The translations under genes were made by a program, and so were the position numbers. A stretch of DNA of 63,465 nt, filler included, from Octopus bimaculoides (taxonomy: Eukaryota), in assembly GCF_001194135.2 (NCBI RefSeq). It is 3 parts of 3 records of this genome, joined end to end, with 100 filler letters (N's around TTAATTAATTAA, not from the genome) between each part and the next. Parts side by side here need not be neighbours in the genome. Positions count along the whole stretch, not along the records: positions 58,281 to 63,465 come from NW_026402731.1; 2 more parts are not named here. One strand, given 5' to 3'. The notes beneath the pieces are model-generated. The model was not told where the DNA came from, ran no database searches, and saw only the letters and a program-made list of their open reading frames with translations. This document shows positions 61,763 to 63,465 of this stretch, one piece after another. Each line of letters opens with the position of its first letter. The first letter of the stretch is position 1.

Positions 61763-62790
61763 TGAGGGCCGGCTCTAAAAGTTCATAAGCTCTTGTGGAT
61801 TGTAATCAAATGCAGTTTATTTTTCAACATAGTCCCTGCATTCCTTGCGGTCCTCTCACTTCTTCCAATGGTGAAGAAGTTTGCATTCTGTTGCTAAAAA
61901 AAACTCCTCGACAGCAGATATGTCATCACCGTTGTGATACTGGTTCCCAGCCAAGTGTCTTTTCATGTTGGGGAACAGATGATGGTCAGATTGTGAGACC
62001 AAATCAGAAGAATAGGGAGGCTGATCAACCAGTTTAAAGCCACAGTCATGCACAGCAGCCATCGAAACTAAGGACTTGTGTGCTGGTGCATTGTCCTCAT
62101 GAAACAAGACCTCTTTTGTCAGTTTTCCTGGGTGTTTGGTCTTGAAAGCCTTTTGTAACTGCCTCAGCGAGTTGGCACAGAACTCTCTACTGATGGTGTG
62201 GCCCTTTTCAAGATAGTCAAAAAACACAATGCCTTTTGCATCCCAAAACACTGAGGCTATCACCTTCCCTGCAGATGAAACAACCTTGGCCATCTTTGGA
62301 GCAGATGAAGAAAGGTGTTTCCACTGCAGAGATTGTCTCTTTGTCTCTGTCTCAAAGTGATGAAGCCAACACGCATTCTGGCAAAAGAAACTTTCAAGGA
62401 AACCAGGCTGAATCTGCCTCAAAAAATGTCAGATTTTCTTGTGATGTGGTTAGCCTTGTGCACTTTTGATCAGAAGACATGGCAACCACTGAGCAGAAAC
62501 CTTCATCATGGCAAGTTCATTCTTCAGAATATTCTCAATGCTCCCACAGCATATGCTGGTACCAATGGCTATTTGACTTATGGTCAATCACCTGTCATCT
62601 ATCATTAGTATGTGGTGAACATGATCAATGTTTTCCTCGGTGGTGGAAGCTGCAGGACATTCACACCTTGGTCCATCTTTATGACTCTACCTTCCCCTCC
62701 TAAATTCAGCTGTCCACACTCTTGTTAAAGATGGTGTGTCATGTAGCAACCATGTCAGCATTGAATGCTTTTGAGAACTAAGCCCTTTTC
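61763..62790 (-). mobile_element. Decayed mariner transposon, Himar1/irritans-like
   Basis: 188-aa ORF with WLHHFETETKRQSLQW, SAGKVIASVFWDAKG, LFHEDNAPAHKS and PPYSSDL. Right end not resolved. Confidence 0.88.
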
Positions 62791-63406
62791 CTGCAGGGAC
62801 TTGATAACACCATGATGCCAAATGGTATCCATTTTCAAGAGAATTTGCTACTAGTTACTTTTCGATGTCCTCTTTAAACAGTTAGATGTTATATATCATC
62901 ATTGCTATTTAACATCCGCTTTCCATGCTGGCATGGGTTGCCATGGTTCGACTGAAGACGAGCAAGCCAGGAGGATGTACAAGGCTCTAATCTGATCTGG
63001 CATAATTTCTGTAAAAATAATTAAGAAGTGATATTGTTGTTATGGCTGTTTGGAATGCTATAAGCATTACAATAATAACTGTACAGACCGATTGTGGAGT
63101 ATTCAGGCTCTCCAATATTTCAAATTATAAACAGAAATAATTGGGGGCCAGGGACTGAGGTTGCGAAAATATCATGATTTGGGAAGGAAAATATTGTAAA
63201 ACATCAATACATGTGAGAGTGATTAGAAAATGAGGAGGGTTGTCTTGGGATGCGCCAGAAATAGCATCCAAACCTCCCTCAAATCACTCGCTTTTCCCTC
63301 TGATAGTATTAAAAATTACAAAAATTTTTTTTACCGCAAAGGCTCCTCCCATGGTTTTGAAATACAAAAAAAAAAAAATTGGCCAAAATAGGTCCAGAAT
63401 GAGATG

Positions 63407-63465
63407 AAGAGCGTCCGGTCTTGACCGGTCCGGACCGACCGGTCCGGTCAAGACCGGACGCTCTT
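63407..63465. repeat. GC-rich perfect hairpin at the window end
   Basis: 22-bp perfect arms AAGAGCGTCCGGTCTTGACCGG / CCGGTCAAGACCGGACGCTCTT with a 15-nt partly paired centre. Confidence 0.9.

Overview
Eukaryotic, AT-rich, microsatellite- and SINE-dense genomic DNA with many N gaps. The repeat families look cephalopod, probably Octopus (inference). Two artificial 100-bp linkers (N44-TTAATTAATTAA-N44 at 30090-30189 and 58181-58280) split the window into three joined pieces. Genes I can support: the last three coding exons of NOC4L on the minus strand (24186-24268, 20088-20198, 10457-10576), which the ORF track misses, and an intronless GT31/B3GALT-like CDS (59250-60155, minus) whose DxD motif is replaced by HDS. 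The rest is mostly TE debris: two tRNA-derived SINE families, RTE 3' ends, R4/Dong-like RLE LINEs, a Helitron remnant, mariner/Tc1/maT relics, and hAT, piggyBac and Tc1 MITEs. The most striking unannotated signal is a set of hammerhead ribozyme motifs of the Penelope/retrozyme type at 36-121 (+), 1319-1437 (+), 7465-7572 (-) and 18495-18537 (+), plus decayed copies. The 18.5-kb motif has a compensatory U3-A8 core pair and lies inside a ~600-bp foldback element in a NOC4L intron. Also notable: a ~1-kb palindrome (7989-9044) and a compact NRF1/ETS/YY1/E2F promoter-like island (1025-1124). Everything was read by eye. Exon, ribozyme and TSD coordinates were counted base by base; most repeat boundaries are approximate (+/-10-20 bp); family assignments come from remembered motifs, not database searches.
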